NCBI GenBank assembly: GCA_045643205.1
Contig: JAZUKI010000003.1
Span: 96,001 to 160,000 of the forward strand
Length of the DNA stretch: 64,000 nucleotides
Direction: 5' to 3'
From: Clostridia bacterium
Lineage (GTDB): Bacteria > Bacillota > Clostridia > TANB77 > CAG-508
Below, one piece after another: positions 28,643 through 38,746 of this stretch; position 1 is the first letter of the stretch, and each line of letters begins with the position of its first letter. Both the position numbers and the translations under genes were made by a program. The notes beneath the pieces were generated by a model. The model did not search any database. It worked only from the letters and a program-made list of their open reading frames with translations, and was not told the DNA's origin.

Positions 28643-30178
28643 TTATCTTTCATTATCAAAATTTTCAAATTTTCTAGAACTATGATGAACTTTTGAATTA
28701 TAACCATATTTAACATGGTCATCTGAATCAATACCTTTATCAACTGCAGCATTAATATCTTTGAAAATCTTATCTCTTCTTTCACATAAAGGTCTTAAGA
28801 AAGAAGCAATGTCATTTCCTAAATCATAGTTAGGACTATTTTTTGGTCTAGATTTATGAAAGAATCCTGTTAAAATTTGGCCACCTTTACCCCATTTAGC
28901 CTCACTAAGTGTTGTTGATACTAATAAAGCTTTTGAATAACTTTGTAATTTTGCTAAATCTTCAACAGATAAATCTTGTAGTTTTATTCCACAAAGCAAT
29001 GCTTGATAAAAGCCTTTAAGTTTATTTAAATCAGAATTAGATAAACCATCTTTTAATTTTGATTTTGTTAAACTTGGAAAATCTAATGTTTGTCCATTCA
29101 TAGTAATACTGAAATTTTCTATATCTGAATCACTGATTATAGGAGAATCAATGATTTGTTCACAATATTCTTGCAAACTTTTTCTATCTTTTAAAGCAGA
29201 AAGGTTTTGTGCCATGATTAACATGTTTCTAGCATTAGGTCCAGTTAACATTTTAAATTTGTTTTTTGAATTTGCAGCATTGAAACTTTGATACAACTCT
29301 TTTGCTTCTTGACTATCAGCAATTTGTTTGCCACGATCAGATAAAGAATCATATGGTGACTTGATAGAAGAACCTGAAACATCTTTACTATCTGATTTAT
29401 TTTCTTCTTTCTTTTCATCTTTGTCAAAAATTTTATAGTTACGTAAAGAATTTTCTAAAGAAGCAAAGAAAGAATTTTTTTCTAAATCAGCATCAGCACG
29501 TAATTTTTCTAATTCTACAAGTTCCTTTTCTGCTATACTAATTTTTCCATTTATAGTAGTTAATTCAGCCTTAGCTTCAGCAGTAAGATCTTGTTGAACA
29601 GTATTTTGAAGAATATTTTGAGCTTTAGGAGCAAGTATTTCAAGTTTTTGTTTTTCTAAGTTGTTAATTCTTGCTTTAGCATCTGCGATGGCTTTATCTA
29701 CTTTAGCTATAAATTGTGCATATTGTTCTTTATATTTTACTGCATTTTTAAGACAATCTTGTTTAGCATCACTTTTTGCTTTTCTAGCTTTAGCAACATC
29801 TTCTGGATAAGGGTCTGTTCCTTCAACAATACTTTCTACAGTTTGAATATCTGCTAAAACTTCAATTTTTTCAGACATTGATAGATGTTTTTTTACCCAA
29901 TCTAATTTTTTATCTTTTGAAGCCTTAGGATTAAAAGAAGCAGATTTATCTAATCTAGATAAGGCTTGATTAATTCTTGATTGTTTTTTTACTACATATT
30001 CAGGTGATTTATTAGTAGCATCAACAATTAATAAATCAGCTAAAATTTCGTCAACATCTACTTTAGCTTTACTACAACTTACCTCAAAGTCAAAAGCAAT
30101 ACCAGATGTATACTTACCTGTTGTATCTTTTACACCAAAACTTTTAAATTCTCTCTTTAAGTTTGAAACGTTACTCAT
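28643..30178 (-). CDS. Hypothetical coiled-coil protein
   Basis: 511-aa ORF with AAGGAG RBS and TTGATT/TATAAT promoter; no recognisable family. Confidence 0.75.
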   Translation of the reverse strand: MSNVSNLKREFKSFGVKDTTGKYTSGIAFDFEVSCSKAKVDVDEILADLLIVDATNKSPEYVVKKQSRINQALSRLDKSASFNPKASKDKKLDWVKKHLSMSEKIEVLADIQTVESIVEGTDPYPEDVAKARKAKSDAKQDCLKNAVKYKEQYAQFIAKVDKAIADAKARINNLEKQKLEILAPKAQNILQNTVQQDLTAEAKAELTTINGKISIAEKELVELEKLRADADLEKNSFFASLENSLRNYKIFDKDEKKEENKSDSKDVSGSSIKSPYDSLSDRGKQIADSQEAKELYQSFNAANSKNKFKMLTGPNARNMLIMAQNLSALKDRKSLQEYCEQIIDSPIISDSDIENFSITMNGQTLDFPSLTKSKLKDGLSNSDLNKLKGFYQALLCGIKLQDLSVEDLAKLQSYSKALLVSTTLSEAKWGKGGQILTGFFHKSRPKNSPNYDLGNDIASFLRPLCERRDKIFKDINAAVDKGIDSDDHVKYGYNSKVHHSSRKFENFDNER

Positions 30179-30448
30179 ATAATTTCTCCTTTAATTTATA
30201 TAAATCATAAACATTTAATGTTATACAACTCATAAATTATTAGTCGTTACAATACAAGTATATTATACCAAAAAAGCGCCATAAAATCAATAAAAACAGG
30301 CAAAATTTCCAATAATTAGTAATTCGAATGCGCAAACTTGAATTTCCCTAAGTTTACGCTAGATAAAAAGAATCAATAAAAACAGACAATTCTAGTAAAA
30401 TAAGCAAATTTGAGATATAATATGCCCAAATTTTAAAAAGGTAATTAT

Positions 30449-31375
30449 ATGAAAAATCGATATAACTATGTAAATGAATATTATAAAAATAAATTTGGAG
30501 AGCGTGTTTTAAAAATTTGTGTTGATGGAGGATTCACTTGCCCAAATAGAGATGGCACCTGTGGGAAAGGTGGTTGTATATTTTGTAGTGAAAGAGGAAG
30601 TGGAGACTTAATAGATAAAAATCCAAGTATAAGAGAGCAAGTGCTAAGCGGGTTAAATTATAAAGATAATCAAGCGCACAAAGCAGAAAAATTTATAGTA
30701 TATTTCCAAAACTTTACTAATACATACGATTCAGTTGAGAATTTAAAAAAGAAATATGATGAAGCATTGTGTGATGAGAGAATAATAGGAATAGATATTG
30801 CAACACGACCAGATTGCATTGATGAAGAAAAAGCAAAACTAATTAAAAGTTATACAAACAAATATTATGTTAGTGTAGAACTGGGTTTACAAACAGCTAA
30901 TGATAAAACAGCAAAGCTAATTAATAGAGGATATGATAGAAATGTTTTTTCTAAAGCAGTAGAAACATTAAGAAAATACAATATAGATGTAATTGTACAT
31001 ATAATGTTAGGACTTCCAAATGAAAGTTTTGAAGATGTAAAGGAAACTGTTAAATTCATTAATGAACATGATGTTCAAGGAATAAAAATTCATTCAACAT
31101 ATATTGTAAAAAACACGAAATTGAATGAGATGTTTGATAATAAAAAATTTATACCAATAAGTTTCGAAGATTATATGGAACAACTATTATATGTAATTAC
31201 ACATATCAATGAAAACTTTGTAATTCATAGATATACAGGCGATCCACCAAAGAAAAATTTTGTTTCACCAGAGTGGCAGTTACATAAAAAGAAAGTTATG
31301 AATACATTAAATAATGTGATGGAAAAACAAAATTTAAAACAAGGAATATATTATAAAAATAAACAACAAAATTAA
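30449..31375 (+). CDS. Radical SAM protein, TIGR01212 (YhcC/YtqA) family
   Basis: GFTCPNRDG..G.GGCIFC, YFQNFTNTY, ATRPDCI, VELGLQT. Confidence 0.93.
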   Translation: MKNRYNYVNEYYKNKFGERVLKICVDGGFTCPNRDGTCGKGGCIFCSERGSGDLIDKNPSIREQVLSGLNYKDNQAHKAEKFIVYFQNFTNTYDSVENLKKKYDEALCDERIIGIDIATRPDCIDEEKAKLIKSYTNKYYVSVELGLQTANDKTAKLINRGYDRNVFSKAVETLRKYNIDVIVHIMLGLPNESFEDVKETVKFINEHDVQGIKIHSTYIVKNTKLNEMFDNKKFIPISFEDYMEQLLYVITHINENFVIHRYTGDPPKKNFVSPEWQLHKKKVMNTLNNVMEKQNLKQGIYYKNKQQN

Positions 31376-31503
31376 ATGAAGTAATGTGTTGTCTCAACAA
31401 TTAATTTCAATGTAGAAATGATCACTAAAATAATTAGTAAAAAATTGAAAAACAAAATATGCTATGCTAAAATAAAAATGAATTATTTTAATTGGAGAAT
31501 AAA

Positions 31504-32055
31504 ATGAAAGAATACAAAATCAATGATTTGATAGGATTTTATAATGAATATTCAAAAACTTATAAAAGATCTGAAGAAGAACTTCATAATGATGATAAAA
31601 ATGTTATTTATAACAATTTTGAAGATATGCTAAAGTATATAAATTCAGCAGTAGAAGATGAAAAAATTACTGAAGAACAAGCTTTTGAAATGGCATTTAA
31701 AGCTGTTAAAGCAGATGATTATATAGAAATATTATATCCTAATTTAAGGGAAGCGAGCCAAGAAGAAAGAGAAGCAATTAAAAAAGAAAGATTATTCATT
31801 TTTAGAAACATGCAAGACATAGAGATTGAATGCTTAGGTATTAAAAAAGAATATTCATCACAAGACAAAGAATATACAAATCAAGAAGTTATAAGAGTAG
31901 CAGTAGATAAATTAAAAAATAAAAGAGAAGCTGGAGTTATAACTGCAGCAGATATTGAAAGCGACATGAAAAAGGGAAAAATTGATCCTGAGAAACTAAC
32001 AAGAATTACAGAATTAGAAATATCAGGAGATGAAAAAACAACAGAAGAAAGATAA
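31504..32055 (+). CDS. Hypothetical acidic protein
   Basis: ORF with GGAG RBS before ATG 31504. Confidence 0.65.
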   Translation: MKEYKINDLIGFYNEYSKTYKRSEEELHNDDKNVIYNNFEDMLKYINSAVEDEKITEEQAFEMAFKAVKADDYIEILYPNLREASQEEREAIKKERLFIFRNMQDIEIECLGIKKEYSSQDKEYTNQEVIRVAVDKLKNKREAGVITAADIESDMKKGKIDPEKLTRITELEISGDEKTTEER

Positions 32056-32070
32056 AAAGGAGAGATACAA

Positions 32071-32661
32071 ATGACGGTAGTTCTTAGCAGAAATTGTGCG
32101 AGTGAACTTCTAGAAGTAATTAAACATTTAGATAAAGAAATACTAAAGAAAATACCAGAAAAAGTTATCGGAATGATTAAAGAAAGAAGCGATAGTTCGT
32201 ACAAATTTGAATACAATGTAAAAGTTTCATATGCAGAACAAAAAATAAGTACAGAAACAAGACTTGCATTAGCAAGAATATATTTGACATATTGTTGTTC
32301 AGAAGAAGAAGCGGATGATTTGATTCAAATCAATAATCATATGTATAGAAAAAAACATGCTGAAACAACTGAAATCAAACATACAATAAATTCAGCTGAT
32401 ATAGTAGCACCAATTTATTCAGATGTTGTAGTAATTCCTAAACCTAAAGAAGTTCGGGGAATTGGAGATAACAAGCACTATGAAGTAAATTCAATGGTCG
32501 ATGTTACAATCAACAATAATGAAAAAATAATTGTTCCAGAAAATAAATTTGTAAACAACGAACAAGTGCAATCAGTGAATAACAATCAACAAATAATCGA
32601 AAAGAAAGAAAATGTTTTTACAAGATTAATTGAAAAAATAAAAAGATTATTTAAGAAATAA
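32071..32661 (+). CDS. Hypothetical protein with C-terminal amphipathic helix
   Basis: AAGGAG RBS; ends FTRLIEKIKRLFKK. Confidence 0.72.
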   Translation: MTVVLSRNCASELLEVIKHLDKEILKKIPEKVIGMIKERSDSSYKFEYNVKVSYAEQKISTETRLALARIYLTYCCSEEEADDLIQINNHMYRKKHAETTEIKHTINSADIVAPIYSDVVVIPKPKEVRGIGDNKHYEVNSMVDVTINNNEKIIVPENKFVNNEQVQSVNNNQQIIEKKENVFTRLIEKIKRLFKK

Positions 32662-32708
32662 AAAATTAAAAGCAGGATGACGAGTTTTAGACTCCATCCT
32701 GCTTTTTG

Positions 32709-33299
32709 CTATAAGATTCCAAGAGCTGCTTCAAAAACGCCAACAACAAATACTGTTCCAAGAAATAAACCTATAAATAAAAGACATTTACCCCAAACAG
32801 GTAAGCCTTTATTTTCTTGAGACTTTGCTTTTTGTTTCTTTACAGTAAAAATTTTTTCTATATTTTCATTAACATTAGTATTAAAACGTATATCATTTTT
32901 AGCAACTACATAATTTAATAACAAAGGGTTAGATTCTAATGGAACTTCTTCATATGTAGATAATGTAGTTGGAATTAATTCTTTCAAAATAGTGATAGGT
33001 TCATTAATTGCTTGGCACACGTTATATTGAGTCAATCCTGAAAACTCACTGAACTTTTCTTGAGTTCCATTTGGCAACAATAAATAAAAATAGCAAACAC
33101 CATTTTGCTTATATTCATACCAAGTTGTAAATAAATTATTTTTGTATGCAAACATGAACATATAGTTTTTTATACCTTGTGAAATTGCAGTTTTAAAAAC
33201 ATCAAAGATTGTAGAAAGTGAACAAACAACACGATTAGAAGTGTTATAATCATATACAAAATTCACAATATTTCTTTGATTATATTTTAGACTCTCCAT
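32709..33299 (-). CDS. Hypothetical protein with C-terminal TM helix
   Basis: 196-aa ORF, AAGGAG RBS, hydrophobic C-terminus. Confidence 0.7.
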   Translation of the reverse strand: MESLKYNQRNIVNFVYDYNTSNRVVCSLSTIFDVFKTAISQGIKNYMFMFAYKNNLFTTWYEYKQNGVCYFYLLLPNGTQEKFSEFSGLTQYNVCQAINEPITILKELIPTTLSTYEEVPLESNPLLLNYVVAKNDIRFNTNVNENIEKIFTVKKQKAKSQENKGLPVWGKCLLFIGLFLGTVFVVGVFEAALGIL

Positions 33300-33435
33300 A
33301 AAAGCTCCTTCAACGGTTAGTATTTTAACCTAATTAATCTAAAAATCAAATTAATTATAGACATAATATAAAAATTTGTAAACTCATAAGTTTTGCAGAA
33401 GCAAGAAATGTTACAAAATATTAATATAATTGTTT

Positions 33436-33464
33436 TTGACTTTTATAAAGAGTTTAAATATCAT
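33436..33464 (+). promoter_or_regulatory. Sigma-A promoter driving the large ncRNA
   Basis: TTGACT (33436-33441), 17 nt, TATCAT (33459-33464); no ORF follows for about 840 nt. Confidence 0.65.
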
Positions 33465-33509
33465 ATATAATATAAAGAGGATTACTCTCTTTTTATACGA
33501 AGTAAAGTA

Positions 33510-34125
33510 ATTGTGATTGAATTAGTAAAAATCTATAAAAAATATGGAGCTCGTAATTTGCAATTGTTTGTGAAAATTATAGGATAGCCCCTTATAACTT
33601 AGCAAACTCATTGTAATCGAGAAAGTTAAGGTACTAATTACCTAGTAATAATTTAGATTTTATAAAAACTGTTCGAAAGCAAAACTCTTGAAAGTATAAA
33701 AAGTGTAATATATACCAATATATTAATAGTAATATACCAAAGACAAAATAAACACTTAAAGATGGTTAATAATGAACTGATTGAAAGATTAGGTGTTTAG
33801 AGAAAACAGAAGACAAGTGAAGAAATTCATATTTAGTGTATTTTAGTATTATTTACTAAACTTCAATGCGAAGGTGCAATTCCACTTTCATAAAGGTGAA
33901 CTAATAAGAATGATGTGGTTTTTGTGAAGTTAGTTAATAAGGATGTTTTCAATGTATTATTACAAAGCGCTAAATGTAGATGTAATAGCATCACATTGTT
34001 AATGGTGATTGTAAGCATTCGATGTAAGTGGCGGAATAAAAATTGCTGAAAGAAAGAAGCTAAAGAAAGAAGAGTATTAACTTGAAGAAGTTTTTGAAGA
34101 ACTATGTTATTGATTAATCAATAAA
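33510..34125 (+). ncRNA. Large structured ncRNA, ROOL (rumen-originating ornate large) RNA-like, about 610 nt
   Basis: ORF-free; 5'/3' closing helix 33515-33528/34107-34119; nested helices 33529-33535/33654-33660, 33664-33670/34089-34095, 33684-33689/34070-34075, 33749-33759/33789-33799; segments ATAACTTAGCAAAC, GAAGGTGCAATTCCACTTT, TACAAAGCGCTAAATGTAG, CGGAATAAAAATTGCTGAAAG recalled as ROOL-conserved (from memory, not searched). Confidence 0.78.
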
Positions 34126-34140
34126 TGTTTAGAAGAAACA

Positions 34141-34180
34141 AAAGAGGAGATAGAAGAAAATTTTATCCTCTCTTTTTTTA
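34141..34180 (+). terminator. Intrinsic terminator closing the ncRNA transcription unit
   Basis: AAAGAGGAGATAG...TTATCCTCTCTTTTTT. Confidence 0.75.
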
Positions 34181-34309
34181 TTGCAAAATTTATTAAAGCA
34201 AGTGAACATTTTCTAAGAAAAACATCACTAAACATTGAACAAATAAATAATTATTATTATAATAATTAATATAGATTTTTCTAAAGAAATTAAGAGAGGT
34301 ACGAAAGAA

Positions 34310-35641
34310 ATGAATTGCCCTAAATGCGGTATATCCCTAAAGGAAGAAGATTTGTTTTGCAAAGAGTGTGGAACTAAAATCATTAAAGAAGAACCAATGC
34401 AAATACCAGTTCAAACAAATGAACAAATAACAGAAAAAATTGCAGAAGAAAATAAACAAACCAACAAACCAAATTTAATGAGACAACCAAATTATAATAA
34501 ACAAGGACAAGCAAAAATTATTGTCCATGGAGAAGATGGAAAACAAATAGACACAAACGAACTAATACCTAATCAAGAAATTCCAACAATTAAAGATGAA
34601 GAAGAAGAAAACGATGGAAGTTATCCAATGTTTGGAGATCAAATAAATCAACCTAAAAAGATCACCAAAAAAGAAGAAGCTGAAATCAAAAGAGGTACAG
34701 GAATTCAAATTACTTTAGGTATCATTGTAGTCCTTTTATTAATAATGGGAATTGTATTTACAGTTTTATTTATTCAAAAATCTAAAGAAGCAACAAAAGC
34801 ACCTAAAATGGTTGAAAAACAAATAACAGTTAAAAATTATTTAGCAACATTAGAAGGATACGAATTTGAAATACCAGAGGGATATGATTTTGAAAATAAA
34901 GAAAAAGCTGACATTTCAACAGTAGAAGAAACTTATGGTACAGGTTTTAAAACCAACCTTAACAGATATTTAAAAGTAATTCCTAAAGATGGAGATGGAG
35001 AAAAATTCTTAATAATAAAAATTGCAAATCAAACATATGCAAATGCTTCAAAACAAAAGAGTGAAATACTTCATAGATTAATTGCAAAAGATGGTGTAAG
35101 TATGGATGAAACAATTACATCAATAGACGAAGATACACAATCATATTTAAAGTTCTTAATTAAGTATAATGACAATAAAGAATTTGTAGTTCTTTCACAA
35201 GCAGATGATGAGCATATCTTTACATTTGAATTTTTCTACAAAGATGATATAAACAAAGCAAAGGCATTAGAAATTGTAAGAACTGTTTCAAACAGTATTC
35301 ATAGAGTTGAGAAAAATGATATAGAAGCAAAAGCTGATCCTAATTCATTAATAGATAGTGCATTATTTGAAGGTCTTGAAAATATTGTTGAAGATAATGC
35401 TAATACAATGATTGAAGACAATTCAGTAAACATTGTTCCTGTAGGAGGAACAGAAAACACAACAAACAATGAGACAACAGAAAATACAACTGATAGCAAT
35501 AACACAGAAAACAGTACTACAACAGAAAACGGAATAGTAGAAAATAATACAACTGAAGATAATGAAACATCAGGTAATAACACATCAGAGAGTAATACTA
35601 CAACTCAAATCGATTTAAATTTAATACCAGTTTCACAATAA
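34310..35641 (+). CDS. Zinc-ribbon-domain single-pass membrane protein
   Basis: MNCPKCG...FCKECG zinc ribbon, one TM helix, N/T/E-rich tail. Confidence 0.8.
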   Translation: MNCPKCGISLKEEDLFCKECGTKIIKEEPMQIPVQTNEQITEKIAEENKQTNKPNLMRQPNYNKQGQAKIIVHGEDGKQIDTNELIPNQEIPTIKDEEEENDGSYPMFGDQINQPKKITKKEEAEIKRGTGIQITLGIIVVLLLIMGIVFTVLFIQKSKEATKAPKMVEKQITVKNYLATLEGYEFEIPEGYDFENKEKADISTVEETYGTGFKTNLNRYLKVIPKDGDGEKFLIIKIANQTYANASKQKSEILHRLIAKDGVSMDETITSIDEDTQSYLKFLIKYNDNKEFVVLSQADDEHIFTFEFFYKDDINKAKALEIVRTVSNSIHRVEKNDIEAKADPNSLIDSALFEGLENIVEDNANTMIEDNSVNIVPVGGTENTTNNETTENTTDSNNTENSTTTENGIVENNTTEDNETSGNNTSESNTTTQIDLNLIPVSQ

Positions 35642-35844
35642 ATTATAAAAATCCCAACAAAAAGAGAAACGATAAAATAAATGTAGACACAAAAACGTGT
35701 TTGCATTTATTTTTTTACCATTCAAATGTTTACATAAAATCAAAAATACTATAAAAATAGCTCTTATACCCTATAAAAACTTGCACTTTGCTCAATAAAG
35801 TTATAATATAAGCACATAATTGAAATTAGCAAAAATGAGAGGTT

Positions 35845-37320
35845 ATGATGAAGAAAGATTTTAAATTTTATTTTGCCCAATTTTCAAGCAAATTGGTTTA
35901 TGGATTAATTAAAATCGTAAAAATTTTCAAGAAAAATTTAAACGGTTCTTTTTATCCGGGAAAAGTAGCAGTAAAGCTAGATAAAGATTTCTTAGGCAAA
36001 ATAGAGAAACCAGAGAAAATAATTTGTGTTACAGGTACAAATGGAAAAACAACAACAGCAAATATGTTAATAGATGCATTAGAAAAAAATGGTTTTGAAG
36101 TATTGAGCAACAAACTTGGATCAAACGTTCAAGCTGGTATTGCCAGTGCATTAGCAACAGGTGCAACAATAACAGGTAAAACAAAATATGACATAGCAGT
36201 ATTTGAAGTTGATGAAAGAAGTTCTATAAAGGTTTATCCATATATAAATCCAACTATAATTCTTTGTACAAACCTTTTCAGAGATTCAATGAAAAGAAAT
36301 GCACATCCAGAATTTATATTAGATATTATTAATAAAGGACTTGAAGGCAACAAAGATACAAAAATTATTTTAAATGCAGATGATTTAATTTCATGCCAAA
36401 TAGCACCTGCAAATAAAAACAAAGTTTATTTTGGAATGGATGCATTAACAAGTGACACAACAGAATGTCATAACATAGTAAATGATTTTGCTAATTGTCC
36501 AAGATGCGGTTCAAAACTTAAATATGAATATTTAAAATATCACCACATTGGAAAAGCATATTGCCCAAACTGTGAATTCAAGTCACCTGAACCAAAGTAT
36601 TTAGGAACAAATTTTGATTTCACAAAGATGAAATATTCAATGATAGAAACATTAAAAGATGGCAAGAAACAAACAGAATACAATTTAGTTTCAGACAATG
36701 TAGTAAATATATATAACGAAATTGCAGCAGTAGCATGCTTAAAAGAATTTGGATTATCAGAGATTGAAATCAGAAAAGCATTTGATGATTATAAATTAGT
36801 TGAAAGCAGATACACAGAAGAAAACTATAATGGCTTAATAATCAAAACAATATTAGCAAAAGGACAAAATGCAGTAGCATGTTCAAGAGTATTTGATTAT
36901 ATTAAAAACGATTCTGGTAACAAAGCAGTAATGCTAAATTTAGATGATTTCTTTGATGCAAAAACATCATCAGAAAACATATGTTGGTTATATGATACAG
37001 ATTATGAACTATTAAACGATCCAAGTATCAAACAAATTTGCATTGGCGGAAAACGTAGAATGGATCATTACATGAGATGTTTAATAGCAGGTATTCCAGC
37101 TGATAAATTCACAATATGTGAAAGTGAATATGATGAACCAGCATTATTAGACTTAAATAAAATAGATAAAGTATTTGTTTTATATGATGTTTATACAAGA
37201 CCAATGGCACTAAAAATAAAAGCAGGAATTGAAAGAAAAGTAGATAACATTATAGAGAAACTAGAAAAAAGTCATGTAAAAATTTCTGGTAGTAACGATA
37301 AAGATTTAACAGCTAAATAA
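35845..37320 (+). CDS. murT: Lipid II isoglutaminyl synthase subunit MurT (Mur ligase plus DUF1727)
   Basis: VTGTNGKTTT, EVDE, NLFRD, CPRC...CPNC zinc insert, WLYDTDYE; adjacent to gatD. Confidence 0.88.
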   Translation: MMKKDFKFYFAQFSSKLVYGLIKIVKIFKKNLNGSFYPGKVAVKLDKDFLGKIEKPEKIICVTGTNGKTTTANMLIDALEKNGFEVLSNKLGSNVQAGIASALATGATITGKTKYDIAVFEVDERSSIKVYPYINPTIILCTNLFRDSMKRNAHPEFILDIINKGLEGNKDTKIILNADDLISCQIAPANKNKVYFGMDALTSDTTECHNIVNDFANCPRCGSKLKYEYLKYHHIGKAYCPNCEFKSPEPKYLGTNFDFTKMKYSMIETLKDGKKQTEYNLVSDNVVNIYNEIAAVACLKEFGLSEIEIRKAFDDYKLVESRYTEENYNGLIIKTILAKGQNAVACSRVFDYIKNDSGNKAVMLNLDDFFDAKTSSENICWLYDTDYELLNDPSIKQICIGGKRRMDHYMRCLIAGIPADKFTICESEYDEPALLDLNKIDKVFVLYDVYTRPMALKIKAGIERKVDNIIEKLEKSHVKISGSNDKDLTAK

Positions 37321-37341
37321 ACTAAAAAATAGGAGAAGCAA

Positions 37342-38067
37342 ATGGTTGAAGAAAATTTAAAAATTGAAGTATTGTTTCCTGAAACTGCAAATCTATACGG
37401 TGACACACACAATATGGTATATTTAAAAAAATGCCTTCCAAAAGCAGAATTTATAGAAACAAGTTTGGCAGATGAACCATATTTTGCAGAAAATGATGTA
37501 AGCATGATTTATATGGGTTCAATGAAAGAAAGTACTCAAGAAAAAGTTATAGAAAAATTATCAAAACATAGAAATAGAATAATTGAACTAATAAAAAACA
37601 ATGTAGTATTTCTAATGACAGGAAATGCTATGGAAGTATTTGAAAAACATATTGAGTTAGAAGATGGAACACAAATAAAAGCATTAAACATATTTGATTT
37701 ATATGCAAAAAGACAAATGATGAATAGATATCATGAAATGCAAATTGGTGAATTCAAAGATAAATTAGATATAGTTGGATATAAAGCATCATTTAGTATG
37801 ACATATGGAGATAATTCAGAAGGTTATTTTATGAAAGTAGTCAGAGGAAGAGGAAATAACGAAGAATCTGAATTTGAAGGAATTCGTCAAAACAATTTCT
37901 TTGGAACATATTATATAGGGCCACTATTAGTTCTTAATCCATTGTTTACAAAGTACTTAATAAAATTATTAGGAATTAAAGGAAAGAAATTAGCATTTGA
38001 AGAAACAGCAATCGAAGCATATGAATTAAAATTAAACGAATTTTCAAATCCAAAAATAGAAGGATAA
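37342..38067 (+). CDS. gatD: GatD/CobQ-like glutamine amidotransferase
   Basis: NLYGD..N, EG....FFGTY..GPLLVLNP; downstream of murT. Confidence 0.82.
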   Translation: MVEENLKIEVLFPETANLYGDTHNMVYLKKCLPKAEFIETSLADEPYFAENDVSMIYMGSMKESTQEKVIEKLSKHRNRIIELIKNNVVFLMTGNAMEVFEKHIELEDGTQIKALNIFDLYAKRQMMNRYHEMQIGEFKDKLDIVGYKASFSMTYGDNSEGYFMKVVRGRGNNEESEFEGIRQNNFFGTYYIGPLLVLNPLFTKYLIKLLGIKGKKLAFEETAIEAYELKLNEFSNPKIEG

Positions 38068-38129
38068 AAATAAACAAAAAACAAAGCCAGGAATTTATTC
38101 CTGGCTTTTTCCGGTCTTGTAGAAAAAAT

Positions 38130-38417
38130 TTAGTGTTGTCCATTTACAACTAGAAGAGCAATACCATCCTGCTTAAAACTCCAGAATGGCTTTGGTCTCC
38201 TAGATGATGTATCGATTGTTAGTTTTACCAATTGTATTCCCGCTGAAGGAGCTTTTTCAAGCAATTCATCCTTCAGCGAAGGGTAGTCAATTAAGAGTTC
38301 CGCGATTTTGCGAGAACAATGTTGTTCTACTTTGATTTTGCAAAGCTTTTGTGCTTTTGCTTCATCAATACCATTCCGAGCCAAAAGCTCGGTTGTAATA
38401 GAATTTAATAAAGTCAT
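38130..38417 (-). CDS. Hypothetical protein
   Basis: 95-aa ORF with AGGAGG upstream, TTGACA promoter, GC slightly above background. Confidence 0.6.
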   Translation of the reverse strand: MTLLNSITTELLARNGIDEAKAQKLCKIKVEQHCSRKIAELLIDYPSLKDELLEKAPSAGIQLVKLTIDTSSRRPKPFWSFKQDGIALLVVNGQH

Positions 38418-38746
38418 TTGTTACCATACCTCCTGATGAAAAAATATTTGTGACCGGATTGCTAAAAAATAGCGTACACTTAATAATAGCATATTTTGTA
38501 CAAAATGTCAATTTATGGTAAAAATGAAAATTGAGATTAAAAATAAAACGATAAAACAATAAAATGATAAAACGATGAATAATAAAACAATAAAAACAAT
38601 AAAAACAATAAAACAATAAAACGAAACAGAAATTAAAAACAAAACAAAATGTAAAAGCTAGAGTTTATAAAATTATTTATGTTGAGATACTTAAATGCTA
38701 ATGATATAATGAGGCAAAATTATTTTATAAAAAACTCGAGGATTAG

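Noticed and set aside
38520-38650. AATAAAAC(A/G)-type short tandem repeats as a possible CRISPR or iteron array
   Set aside because: Low-complexity A-rich microsatellite-like sequence, no unique spacers, no cas or rep gene
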